Assembly (NCBI GenBank): GCA_008369845.1
Contig: MRSU01011640.1
Coordinates: 1 to 33,063, forward strand
From: Trichomonas gallinae
Taxonomy: Eukaryota
Length of the DNA stretch: 33,063 nt
Direction: 5' to 3'
The stretch's first letter is position 1. Every line of letters begins with the position of its first letter. This document shows, in pieces, positions 1 to 10,513 of the stretch. The position numbers and the translations under genes are program-made. The notes under the pieces were generated by a model. It did no database searches and had not been told where the DNA came from. It saw only the letters and a list, made by a program, of their open reading frames with translations.

Positions 1-77
1 AATAGGTTCAAGAACATCATGATTTTTAGCATGAAAAAAATTGTGATGTTTACATTTTACAATACGGTGCACCCTTA

Positions 78-188
78 ATTATTCAGGGATCAACAAATCT
101 AAAAAAATAATATTAAGGGGTTATCTTGATTATTCAGGGACCAACAATTTTAAAATAAATTAAGGGGTAGTCTTCGTTAGCCAGGGTC
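78..188. repeat. Degenerate tandem repeat of ~50 bp (two copies plus a partial third)
   Basis: ATTATTCAGGGA(T/C)CAACAA...TTAAGGGGT..TCTT at 78-127 and 129-174; partial copy TTAGCCAGGGTC ending at 188. Confidence 0.7.
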
Positions 189-245
189 TAGTGACACTTT
201 TGCATATGTTTAGAATTATTTCACGTCACATGTCAAGTCCGTTAT

Positions 246-1364
246 ATGCGGAAAGTTGCGCTTATTTATCCTAGAGGCACTTGCCGGTCACCAGCCTTTT
301 ATTTCCGAGGTGGTGATGGACTGAATGAGCCGGAAATTATACGTTCGCAATACAAACAAGCAATGGAAGAGTACAATAAGGCCAAAAAATTACACAGCGA
401 AGCAAAGAGAGAACATGATCAAACACAAGCAGAGCTCGAGGATTTAGATGAGTGCATACTCAAAATGGCAGCAAATATGGGTGCAAATTCATCTGAAACA
501 GCAAAACATTCCGAATTACGCGCGAAAATACAGCAATTAAAGATGGACATTGAAGATGTTGAGAAAGAAATTCAAGAAATCAGTCAGCAAATTCTTCCTT
601 TCGAGTACACAGGACTTATTAATGAACACGCGCAGTACACACCAACATTGAAAGAGCTTAGAGATGATACTGATAGTGGTGAAGATGAGTCCTTGAGAAT
701 GAAGAAAGAAATCGGCAATATCCTCATTTCAGAAAAATTTTCTGAATCAGTTGAGTCTTTAATTGAAAAACAAGTTGCTGTAGACGTTAAATCTCAGATA
801 AGAAGGGCACTTAGCGAAAGCCAGAATCGTATCAACCAACAGAAATCATCTGATACAGGAATTATTTGTCAAATCGACGATGACGACATGATGTATAAAT
901 TAGAGCACTTCAGAGATATTGCCTTAGACAACCTCGAATGCAGGATGCAAAGAGATTTGGCAGAAACGCATCACAACATCTTCATTAGTATGGAAATCGA
1001 CAGATTAAAGGAAATGAACGAGTTTCTCGATCTAATGAAGATGCATGACGACTGCATAGACACAGATGAAGTCTATGAGCACTGCATGCACGAAGATGAA
1101 GAAGAAGAGGAGGAAGAGGAAGAAAAACACGAAGAAGTCCAAGAAAAGTCCCTGGAAGTGCAAAACAACAACGCAGATCAATCAGATGAGTCAGAGAGCT
1201 ACACATATTCGTACTCTGAGTCCAAAGACACTGAGCATCAGCAGCAGCCGAATTCGCCAACTGCTGCTTCTGTTCAAAGCACGGAATCGAAGCCAAACGA
1301 CGGCCAGGAGTACTCTGGCTATTACTCGGACTACACAGAAGAAGAGGATCACAAAGAGAAGTAA
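246..1364 (+). CDS. Hypothetical coiled-coil protein with an acidic, low-complexity C-terminus
   Basis: 372-aa ORF; heptad-like E/K/Q/L-rich N-terminal two-thirds, poly-Glu tract and S/Y/E-rich tail; higher GC than flanks. Confidence 0.8.
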   Translation: MRKVALIYPRGTCRSPAFYFRGGDGLNEPEIIRSQYKQAMEEYNKAKKLHSEAKREHDQTQAELEDLDECILKMAANMGANSSETAKHSELRAKIQQLKMDIEDVEKEIQEISQQILPFEYTGLINEHAQYTPTLKELRDDTDSGEDESLRMKKEIGNILISEKFSESVESLIEKQVAVDVKSQIRRALSESQNRINQQKSSDTGIICQIDDDDMMYKLEHFRDIALDNLECRMQRDLAETHHNIFISMEIDRLKEMNEFLDLMKMHDDCIDTDEVYEHCMHEDEEEEEEEEEKHEEVQEKSLEVQNNNADQSDESESYTYSYSESKDTEHQQQPNSPTAASVQSTESKPNDGQEYSGYYSDYTEEEDHKEK

Positions 1365-1408
1365 TTTTACCGCAACAAATGTTTTATTGTATATTATTTG
1401 TAACTGTT

Positions 1409-1651
1409 TTAAATATTTTTATACCATTATCTATAATTTATCTAAGATATCTATAAGTTGCATTTAAATCACATTGATATGCTGCACTATTCGATCATAT
1501 TTATGTTCGACTGTACATAAGTTGCTAAAAAATTGATATATGCAAAACATTCAAAATAAAGATAATTTCAAATTTAATCAAATTACATGTCTTAAATATT
1601 GTTATACCATTTATCTATAATTTATCAGAGATATCTATAAATTGCATAAAT
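1409..1651. repeat. Dispersed ~60-bp direct repeat (1409-1469 and 1592-1651)
   Basis: TTAAATATT(T/G)TTATACCATT(T)ATCTATAATTTATC..AGATATCTATAA(G/A)TTGCAT occurs twice with few differences. Confidence 0.8.
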
Positions 1652-2427
1652 ATTATCATCTACAAGACAATCTTATTCTTAAGATATTTCAATATTTTCA
1701 AAAATTTCATGTTTGTTTTATCTCTGTTGCATCATTGAATTTGTGTTGAGTATGTACATGAAATTTATTGTGTATAAGAGAAAAATATAATAAATTATTA
1801 TTTTCTGAAAAAAAAAAACTATTTGGATCTTCCATTGAGAATGAAATAATTTGCTTTCCATACTATTTTACGCTAAACTTTTGCGTGTGATAGTAAAATT
1901 GCGATGAATATTTTTGAAAAATAAAATATAATATTATTGATGTACATTCAAATAGCATCATAATGAACAAAACAATTTAAATATCATCAGCATTTAGAAT
2001 TTATCATATGATAATGTTTTCACGAGCTAAAGTAGGGTCCGGTATTTATAATGAGGGGAATATTTCTTACAGGACTAATTATTTAGCTAATCCCTTAGGG
2101 AATGGTTTCATGAGTGTTATTAGCTTCTGTATATATCATATCAAAAGCTGCAATATCGAATCTCAATAATTTTTGAACTGATGAGATGACACTTATGGAC
2201 ATTGTCCGATGATTTTTGGGGAAAGTGTTTTGTTATCATATATGGGATCTAAATATTAAAGTATTTAGATGTTAAATAGCCGATGTCACTTTTACTATCA
2301 ATATATTGAAAAGTTTACTGGACCCTGAATAATTTTATAACACGCATAAACAAAATATAATATTTTTCAATAGTTTTTACGAAATTCAGGGGTTGGCAAA
2401 GATTTTGTAAAATCATCAATTTAGAAA

Positions 2428-3081
2428 ATGGGCTGCGAGCCTCAGCCTGAATATCTGAAAGTTCTTAGGGACGAGGATCTGGCGGAGTTCGTTGAATTGA
2501 AGAATATGTTCACATCTGAAGACTATAATTTCTTCGATCAAAATCCGTTTTTTGAATTTCTTCAGATAATCAAGGAGTTCTCCATTCGAAATAACGATGA
2601 TGATGCTCGGCGATGTGCGGTGTGCGGATTGTGCTGGTTGAAATCTTCACTAGGCGTTAATTATAATCATATCAACTATCTAACGGGACAGCCGAAGCTG
2701 ACCATCAATAGAGAGCTCACAAATCTCAATTATACTCCAACACAGTTCTCCGATGAAATTATTATCAGAATTCCTTTTTTGCAAGGTAATTTACGAGAAC
2801 TAAGACTTTGGACATTTCGAAAGACACCTGATTCATCGCCAAGTGTCATACAGCCGCATCAGCGACAGAAAATTTCTCAATCTCCGAAGCCACATCTTAA
2901 AAGGTCAATGATTTTCGAAAAGACATGGAGTTATGAAGACTTCGACCTATCCAAAATCGATGCTGCGGCAGACCCTACAAATTCATGCGATGATTTTTAT
3001 GCGGATGCTTTCGTTATTCCATTAGGAGAATGGAAGATGGATTCTCCTTCTTCCATTACTCCTAATTTGGATCAGTTTTAA
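2428..3081 (+). CDS. Initiator-binding domain (IBD, IBP39-like) putative transcription factor
   Basis: Motifs L..ED..E...L, IKEF..RN.DDD.RRC.VCG.CWL, N...I..LTG..K..IN..L..L.Y and IPFL.GN..ELR.WT.R are characteristic of the trichomonad-expanded IBD family; low-complexity C-terminus. Confidence 0.8.
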   Translation: MGCEPQPEYLKVLRDEDLAEFVELKNMFTSEDYNFFDQNPFFEFLQIIKEFSIRNNDDDARRCAVCGLCWLKSSLGVNYNHINYLTGQPKLTINRELTNLNYTPTQFSDEIIIRIPFLQGNLRELRLWTFRKTPDSSPSVIQPHQRQKISQSPKPHLKRSMIFEKTWSYEDFDLSKIDAAADPTNSCDDFYADAFVIPLGEWKMDSPSSITPNLDQF

Positions 3082-3533
3082 CTAGATTTGCCTTCTTTTT
3101 TGTTTATATTCTTAATATTTCTAGCAAATATTAAATATTGTTTTACTTATATATTGAACTTACAAATTATTTGACAATTTGTATAACTAATGATATTTGA
3201 CTAAGTAGTTTTAATCAATGACGCATATTATTGAATGTGAATATTTCAATTAAGAAAAAACTTTGATTTCGAACTAAAACAAAGTTGATAATTGTTTGAT
3301 GCTACATACACTATTACAAATCGCATTATAAATCTGTGTAAATATTGCAAATCAAAATGTATCCAAATCCAGAGCTAGAATATGTAATATTCACTGAAAA
3401 ATCGCCTTATGGAAGCATGCTGATGAGATCATTTATAGATTTGCATTTGAAAATGAAGAAAATATAAAAAGATAAAAAAAAAGGGTGAGCGGCTTTCAAA
3501 CAGCGGCTCGTTTATTATTTTCAATTCAAAATT

Positions 3534-4166
3534 ATGAGTGAGATACATAGTGGTAATCTCAAGAAGTATTTCTTTGATTCCAGCCCAACCAGTTGGATCT
3601 GCGAAATAGATAATGATTACCTGCTATCACAAGTCTCATACTATGGACTAAGCCAGTATGTTTCGTATTATTCACATTGCAGTTCTGCAATTAAAGGCAA
3701 AAAAGTAGATTTAAGCGAATGTGATGATGCCAAAAAGAAGAAATTCATTAACAACTGCATCAAACTCTATGGTTTACTGCACGGAAGATTTATTTTGACG
3801 GAAGAAGGCTGTCTCAAGATGGAAGAGAAATACAAGATAGGCCTGTTTGGAACATGCCCACGCTATAACTGCAAACGCCAAAATCTTCTACCAATTGGCT
3901 TAACGAATGTTCCAGAAACTGACACAGTCAAGCTCTATTGTCCGAGATGCCATGACATATATGAGTCCGGATCCAACTACGATGCTGCATATTTTGGCCC
4001 CGATTTTCCAATTATGTTTATGAAAATGAATAATATTCCTCTTCATAGTACCTATATCCCATTCAATATCAACAAATTTGCGACTAAGAAATCGAATGTT
4101 CCAGAGGTTGAGCGCAGATTAGTTAGATGGATTGAAAAGCATAACGATAAAGAAGATGAGGATTAA
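3534..4166 (+). CDS. CKB: Casein kinase II regulatory (beta) subunit family protein
   Basis: CEID.DY, LYGLLHGRFILT..G, FGTCPR..C..Q.LLPIGL, VKLYCPRCHDIY (two zinc-binding CPxxxC/CPxC motifs) and DAAYFGPDFP. Confidence 0.93.
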   Translation: MSEIHSGNLKKYFFDSSPTSWICEIDNDYLLSQVSYYGLSQYVSYYSHCSSAIKGKKVDLSECDDAKKKKFINNCIKLYGLLHGRFILTEEGCLKMEEKYKIGLFGTCPRYNCKRQNLLPIGLTNVPETDTVKLYCPRCHDIYESGSNYDAAYFGPDFPIMFMKMNNIPLHSTYIPFNINKFATKKSNVPEVERRLVRWIEKHNDKEDED

Positions 4167-4730
4167 TTATAATTGTTACTATATGAATACTATCGCCCAG
4201 GCATAACAGTCAAGCATAGATTTAGGCATCAAATTGTTTCGCTATATTAATTACAGATTTACATCATCGAAATAGGTACAGAAATGCTTGGAAAAGGGCA
4301 TAATATATACGAGTTCTTATTACTGTTTGTTTGAAAACAATAAATTTTTAATCTGTCAATAATTTTAATATTATGTTTAAAATTACAATCATAACGAATA
4401 CAATAATAAAGAAAGAAGAAGAATTACTCCAATCTAACTAATGTAATGTTCATTTACTGCCATAGACAAGTTTTCCATAGACTTGATATATATTTCTAAA
4501 TTTCATTCAGAAAAGGTTGTGTTTTAAGAATCTTTGAAGCATATCTTGTGATTTATTTAGTCTTTTTATCGCATACAGTACATGACATATATTGCAAAGA
4601 TTTGTATTTTAAGCTGTAATGCATCTACTCTATAATGGGTGGTAGAGTACAGTCTAATTTGAACATATTGGCTTATTAGTCAAGCTTTGAAATCAATTAT
4701 TTAGGCAAAATGAAATTTATATGAGAAATT

Positions 4731-4957
4731 TGTCATGTAAGGTAAAATATTTGTCAAAAATATGGTTTACAGGTCAAATTCATTAAGAAGTCTCAGTCCG
4801 CCTTGGATAGAAAATTTGATCTTAAATATGTCATGTAAAGTAAAATATTTGACGCATCATTTACATGTCAAATTATTCGCTTTTCAAAATATAATAATGT
4901 CATGTAAAGTATGATATTTGTCAAATAATTAATTTACGTGTCATATATAGTCACTTT
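4731..4957. repeat. Three degenerate tandem units TGTCATGTAA.GTA..ATATTTG.C.....TTTAC..GTCA upstream of the 5067 gene
   Basis: TGTCATGTAA at 4731, 4829 and 4898, each followed by a TTTACA(G/T)GTCA or TTTACGTGTCA motif at 4766, 4860 and 4933; GTCACTTT at 4950. Confidence 0.7.
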
Positions 4958-5066
4958 TTAAAATGTAAGAGAAAAAATTAAATAATAGAATCAGGTTAAT
5001 TATACTGTAATTCTTATATTTTTTGATCAAACTTTTTAAAAATTTGCAAAAAAATTTATTTTTTTG

Positions 5067-7520
5067 ATGAAAAAAGGTTCAATGATTCCCAGGAAAGCTC
5101 GCGCGCCATCTTTACCGTCTAAAGAAGGCAGTGCGGCTGACAACACGAGGAAGAAACCTGTGAAATCGACCTTTGTTCCAAAAAGAAGATCATTAACACC
5201 GACAAACATCAAACAAATTCCATCACAGACAGATGATGCGAGCAGGGCTGTTAAATTATGCACAGATTTCGTAGAAACAATAAAAAAGAATAATTCATTA
5301 AAACGTACACAAGTTTTAGTCATTGATAGATACGCAAAGGACTTCTACCTTCTCGCTAGACGTGCAGTGAGAATGGGTGGCTTCGAAAACCAAAGGAAAA
5401 GCGATGCGCCGAAAAATTTCTGGGAATGTTGGAATAATATCATTCAAACACACACTAAACAACTTAAGGGCATAGAATCCTCGCTGATAGACAAAATTAA
5501 AGACTCATACAACAATACAAGTAAAATTGCTTCAGAAATTAACGAAAACTCTGATTTCATCTCAGATGATTTGAAGAATCAAATGAATACGTTAAATAGA
5601 GTGCTTGATTTAGTTCAATATTTCATTAATGGCGATAAATCCAGTGATTTACAAGTATCTATTAAATTATTAACAGATGTTCATAGAAACGCAGCTCATT
5701 ATCAGCAACTCAGGAAAACTAACGAACCTATTAAGAAATTACAGCAAAGTCTGATAGATTATAATAAATTTTTCACAAATCAGAATACATTCCTAAAACA
5801 ACACGATGTAACGCTCACAGAACTCCAAAAAATGATTTACAAACCGGAAATTATCGCAATTAAACAAGCAACACCGATTAAATCATCAGTAAATTCGACA
5901 CCAATAGCATCAGACGCACTTGATCATGACCATGAGGAAGAATACCAAAAGCAATCAACAAATTTGCTCGACCAAGATAAATCTGAAGAAAATTCAGATG
6001 AAGAATATCCAAAACTCAAGAAAGAAAACGAGAGAAAGAAGGCAGATCTCAGACAAATTCAAGAAGAAAAGCGTGCATTACAAAGAGAGCTCATAATTGC
6101 AAAAGATGCAAACGCAAAATCAGCTCTTGCTCATAATTCAACTGTTAGAGCGATGAAAACGCAGAAAGCGAAGGTAGAAAAGGCCAAAGATGGGATAGAC
6201 GCACTCAGACAAGAAGTTAATCAATTACAAAAAAGAAGAGATGTTCTTAAAGCATCAGTCGACAAATTGGTTGAGCAGAGCTCATCTATTAAAGTTCAAG
6301 ACGATGATAATATACAAGACGAAAATAGAAGACTCACAGAGCAGCTAACTAAAGCACGTGCGGAAAAATCAGCACTAGAAGAAGAATGGCTTCGCCTCAA
6401 AGCAATCAATACTGTTCTTAGACAAAATTTGAGTCCCCAACAAGCAAAGCCTTACGCGGAAAACGAACCGCTCAGGGATGAGTTCATCAAGCTGTCGAGG
6501 GAGCATCTTGTTCTCGTTGAGCAGAGCTTGAGGCAGAACTACTCGAATGAGCGCGCGAGAAGTTTAGGAGAAATGGAAACTGACAAAGGACAGAGGATAA
6601 CATATGGAGAAGCTCTTGAAGCGAATAAAGAACTTTACGATGAAATCAAGAAACTAAAAGAAACGCGCGATGACATGCATGATGAGCTTGAGAAGGCAAT
6701 TCTCAAGAGATACATAATGCAAGCTGAGCAGGTCCATAAAACTAAGCAAAAAACAGCGGCTACATCGAGTGAAGAGAAGAAACTACTGGCACAGCTCAAA
6801 AAAGTGAAAGAAGATTTCGCAAGACAGAAGTCGTTATATTTAAAGGACATACAGAAGAAGCAACTGGCGACTATTGCGAACAAATACGCGCAAACAACAA
6901 ACGAAATCGCTGAGCTGAGAACTATCGCTTTCCAGATTATAACAGACAAGCGCGCGAAGCTCAAAAGCTTGCGTGATATGTACGACAAACTGCAGCCTTT
7001 GTATGAAGAAGCAAGGCTCGGCGATGAAGACGAATTGGAGTTCGATGGTGAGACAATGACACTGGATGAAGCCAAAGACAGAATGGATAAGATTATAGAA
7101 GAATACAAGGACGGAATGATTGAAGCTCAAAAAGTCGCAACTAAAGAAGCATCTGATGAGCTCAGAGTCATTTCGCAGGCAGCGAATGAATTCGATGAAA
7201 ACGCGAAGAACATGGCCGCATGGACAGATGAAGTGTACGCAACACTGCTACAGACTCAGGCGCGGATTCAAGTGCTGAACATTCAGTCTGACATTCTGCA
7301 GAAAAAACTCAACGACAGCAATGTTGATGTCGACAAAGCTCTTAACACGGAGCTAAATAGAACGCTCGAGAACAGCAAGAAAACGTCTGATGTCTTGGAG
7401 CGTGTCAAAGAGGCAATGCGTGGATTGCTTAGCGATCTCGGAATTCAATATGATAAAGATATGACTCCAGAGAAAATGATGGAAGCAGCAGATTCTGTTT
7501 TAGCTAATGAATCTAGGTAA
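5067..7520 (+). CDS. Large hypothetical coiled-coil protein (cytoskeletal/structural-like)
   Basis: 817 aa from ATG 5067 (the track start is TTG); basic P/K/R-rich N-terminus followed by extended heptad repeats. Confidence 0.85.
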   Translation: MKKGSMIPRKARAPSLPSKEGSAADNTRKKPVKSTFVPKRRSLTPTNIKQIPSQTDDASRAVKLCTDFVETIKKNNSLKRTQVLVIDRYAKDFYLLARRAVRMGGFENQRKSDAPKNFWECWNNIIQTHTKQLKGIESSLIDKIKDSYNNTSKIASEINENSDFISDDLKNQMNTLNRVLDLVQYFINGDKSSDLQVSIKLLTDVHRNAAHYQQLRKTNEPIKKLQQSLIDYNKFFTNQNTFLKQHDVTLTELQKMIYKPEIIAIKQATPIKSSVNSTPIASDALDHDHEEEYQKQSTNLLDQDKSEENSDEEYPKLKKENERKKADLRQIQEEKRALQRELIIAKDANAKSALAHNSTVRAMKTQKAKVEKAKDGIDALRQEVNQLQKRRDVLKASVDKLVEQSSSIKVQDDDNIQDENRRLTEQLTKARAEKSALEEEWLRLKAINTVLRQNLSPQQAKPYAENEPLRDEFIKLSREHLVLVEQSLRQNYSNERARSLGEMETDKGQRITYGEALEANKELYDEIKKLKETRDDMHDELEKAILKRYIMQAEQVHKTKQKTAATSSEEKKLLAQLKKVKEDFARQKSLYLKDIQKKQLATIANKYAQTTNEIAELRTIAFQIITDKRAKLKSLRDMYDKLQPLYEEARLGDEDELEFDGETMTLDEAKDRMDKIIEEYKDGMIEAQKVATKEASDELRVISQAANEFDENAKNMAAWTDEVYATLLQTQARIQVLNIQSDILQKKLNDSNVDVDKALNTELNRTLENSKKTSDVLERVKEAMRGLLSDLGIQYDKDMTPEKMMEAADSVLANESR

Positions 7521-8173
7521 TATAGCAATTGTGTGTCAATAAAACTGTAATTTATATTATATATTCTTTCGTCTAAGTTAAAATGATTCTTTTGATTTAT
7601 ATAGCTTGAAGATAAAGTTCTCGGGTTCGATTCCCCTCTACAAATTTCCTTTTAGAAATCATTTAACTTTACATGTCAGATAGATTTTTACATGTCATGT
7701 TGTAAATCATTTTTCGTATAACTTCCTGTAAAAGATATATTAGATTGTCTGGGTAACATAGATTAAATATCAAATGAAATAATTGCTTTATGACAAATGG
7801 AAATGGCAAATGAATTTGGAAATCGTCTCTTAGAGCGATTTGCTACACATGATAGCACATATCATCAAAGCTTCTTAAGAATACTCAAATATTTCATGCT
7901 GAAACCTCAAGATAAACTAAAATATCTCCAAAATAAGGCTATTAAAGACAAGATTGTTACAACTTCATAGAAATCAGATGAACTCGAAGCTAACTTGCTA
8001 TTGATGCTTCGTTCTCTCAAGAAACAGAATCATTCCGACTCAGTAGTACAGAAAAGTACATTATTTGGCATAACTGAAGGTCTCGGATACTTCCTATAGC
8101 ATCTGAGATCCTTAGCTGCGACGAATAGTGCATAAACTCTTCATTATTCAATAAACAATAAACTAATTAATAC

Positions 8174-8245
8174 ATTCTAGCGAGGGAGAATTCGAATACA
8201 GCCGGCTAATCAGCAAGTTATAGTCGAATTTTCATTCGCTAGAAT
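8174..8245. mobile_element. 72-bp foldback/MITE-like element with 22-bp imperfect inverted repeats and a flanking direct repeat
   Basis: ATTCTAGCGAGGGAGAATTCGA (8174-8195) pairs with TCGAATTTTCATTCGCTAGAAT (8224-8245); TAATAC at 8168-8173 and 8246-8251. Confidence 0.45.
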
Positions 8246-9037
8246 TAATACTCTACTTAGAAATTTTGGAAATTAATTGCAAAGGCAAAATTTGATTAAT
8301 GGTTAATGCCATAGGCTATATTCCCTTAAAATATGTATATTATGGATACTGTTTGACTATATCATGATTATTAGATATAAGGAAATTATGTCTAGCAAAT
8401 TATGAAGCAGTAATGATGAATTAAATTTCACTACAGTGAGAATAGTGAAAATCAAATGAGGAAACTATGAAGTTGCTGATGAATCACTTATCAAAATTTC
8501 AAGATGTCTAAATCTTCTACTTGTTGAATGAATAAGAAGCGGTACTCAGTGGAAGACTGCCAACGTTAAATGCTCTAAGTTCAATTAAAGTTAGAGAGAA
8601 GTTTCTCAACCCTTGAGTCTTTCAAGCTAATGAAGATTTGAGTCAGTTTCCTTCCTTTGAGCTTTGTTGAGTTTTGAGTTTGTTGTATTTTTGGTTGCGA
8701 TAGAAGATCGCGGTCGCTGTCGACCGTGGTCAAGAATTTTTATTTTGCGCGTCTTTTTGCTCTGTGAGTTAGTTTGTTTTTGCTTTCTTTTTTTCCGCGC
8801 TGTTTTTTTTTTCTTTCAAAGATGAGTTATTCTTTTCAAGGAATAATCACATCTTTTCTTTTTGTTTGTGAAGGAGCAACTTCACAGAAACTGGCTATAG
8901 ACCAGAGTGTTAATTTATTCAAGTTAAAAAGATCATGTGCCGCAACCTTTATGCTGCGACGGATCTTTTTAATTTTGACATAAAACTAAGTTAACTGAAC
9001 CCTGAATAAAAAAATAACAAAACAATATATAAAAAAA

Positions 9038-10513
9038 TTATAATTCTGCAAGAACGCGAGCCGAATCTGATTCCTCTTCGGCTTGTGTCTTGGTCTCGGA
9101 TGAATCAACCTTCTCGGAGCTGTCAACCTTTGATTGTGTAGATGGATCTTCCTGAGAGGAGTGATCTAAGGTGAGCTTGTCTGCTTCGATAGATTCCTTG
9201 ACGTGGAGCTGCTTGTACCTGATAATGTAATAGAACATAGAAATGAGCTGGAAAGCGGCACCGGCAAAGACATATGTGTATGAAAGAATTCTGAAGAATT
9301 GGAGCCAGTTCAACTTTGGACCAAATTCCTTAAGGAACATGACACCAGCTGAGGAAAGGTAGCCGATGGAGTCAGCGAAGTAAATGAGGAAGCCACTGTT
9401 AGCCTTGACTCTGAAAGCAGCAATCATTCTGTCGAAGATCATGGAGTTGTATGGAACGTAGCCAATGTAGATAGCAACACCTGAAACGATCATCAAAACG
9501 ATGCCGTTGATGTGGCCCTTATCGAAGAGGAATAAAGCAACACCGTAGATGAGGAGGCCGAAGGCAATGATCAAGTGGTAGTAGATGAAACCTTTCATGT
9601 TGTCCTTGACAAGCATGAGGAGACCGACTGGGATACAGATGATGATGGCAACGATAAGCTCGGTCCAGGCAAAGATGGATGGCTCTGAGAATCCCATAGC
9701 GCCGAAGATTTCTGGTGTGAAGTTATCTCTGAAGTCTCTGAATGATGTGCAGAGCATAGAGAAGAGAACCATGACAAAGATACCTGGGGCGAACATCTTC
9801 AAGAATGCAATTCTTTCGGCGTTGTTCATGACAACTCTCTCTGTTCTGGCGGCAATATCCTCTGCTGTTGGTGGTGGGATTAACTCAATGAGGAATGTGA
9901 ACAATAGCATGAATGGGAAGAAAATAGCACCAACTAAAGATGGCATCCAGAAGATGTCGATGCCCTTGTTATTGAAGTAAGCACCTGTTGTCTTAACGAT
10001 ACCAGAGGAAACGATGAAGGAAACGCACATGCCTGCACCTAAGATCTCAGATGTCTTACGGCCTTCAAAGTATGAGAAAACAATGCCCCAGAAGAGACCA
10101 AGTGGTAAACCGTTGATAAAGATGAAGAGGCCGTTCCATGGTCTAGGAACGAGACCAAAGAATACCAAGGAGAGCCAAGCAACGAGTGTGAGGGAAATGA
10201 TCATGAAGGCACGCTTTGTCTTGTCCAATGTAGAAATGATGACAATACCAGAGAACTTGGAGATGATGTAACCAATGAGCTGAAGGAGAATGATACCAAT
10301 TTTGTAATCAATGCCAAAGATCTTGTATCCTTCATATGTGGATACTTTGAATGTCTTTCTGTAGGCGTACATGCAGAAATAGATCGCGAAGCCTGAGATG
10401 AAGGCGATGATATTGACAGCAAGTGGGCTTCTGCCGATAAAAGCTTGAGCTTTCTTCTTGAAGCCACATTCATCTGAGATGCTTGTCCATGCTGGGAGGT
10501 GTAGTCCGCACAT
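9038..10513 (-). CDS. DUF5690-like / MFS-type multi-pass membrane transporter
   Basis: ATG at 10513 after Inr-like TCATT; ~12 hydrophobic segments; YFCMYAYRK.F, DYK.....Q.IGY..SKF.GI, NGLPLG..WG.VFSY.EGR, RDFRDNF..EI and GFLIY.ADS.GYL match my recollection of bacterial DUF5690 proteins; strongly C-ending codon usage. Confidence 0.8.
   Translation of the reverse strand: MCGLHLPAWTSISDECGFKKKAQAFIGRSPLAVNIIAFISGFAIYFCMYAYRKTFKVSTYEGYKIFGIDYKIGIILLQLIGYIISKFSGIVIISTLDKTKRAFMIISLTLVAWLSLVFFGLVPRPWNGLFIFINGLPLGLFWGIVFSYFEGRKTSEILGAGMCVSFIVSSGIVKTTGAYFNNKGIDIFWMPSLVGAIFFPFMLLFTFLIELIPPPTAEDIAARTERVVMNNAERIAFLKMFAPGIFVMVLFSMLCTSFRDFRDNFTPEIFGAMGFSEPSIFAWTELIVAIIICIPVGLLMLVKDNMKGFIYYHLIIAFGLLIYGVALFLFDKGHINGIVLMIVSGVAIYIGYVPYNSMIFDRMIAAFRVKANSGFLIYFADSIGYLSSAGVMFLKEFGPKLNWLQFFRILSYTYVFAGAAFQLISMFYYIIRYKQLHVKESIEADKLTLDHSSQEDPSTQSKVDSSEKVDSSETKTQAEEESDSARVLAEL

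Noticed and set aside
7797..8075. Protein-like broken frames (MEMANEFGNRLLERF...)
   Set aside because: Possibly a decayed gene, but no recognisable family; cannot be supported without a search.
8884..8899. ACAGAAACTGGCTATA resembling RNase P CR-V
   Set aside because: No matching upstream CR-I (GGAAAGTCC-like) to form P4.
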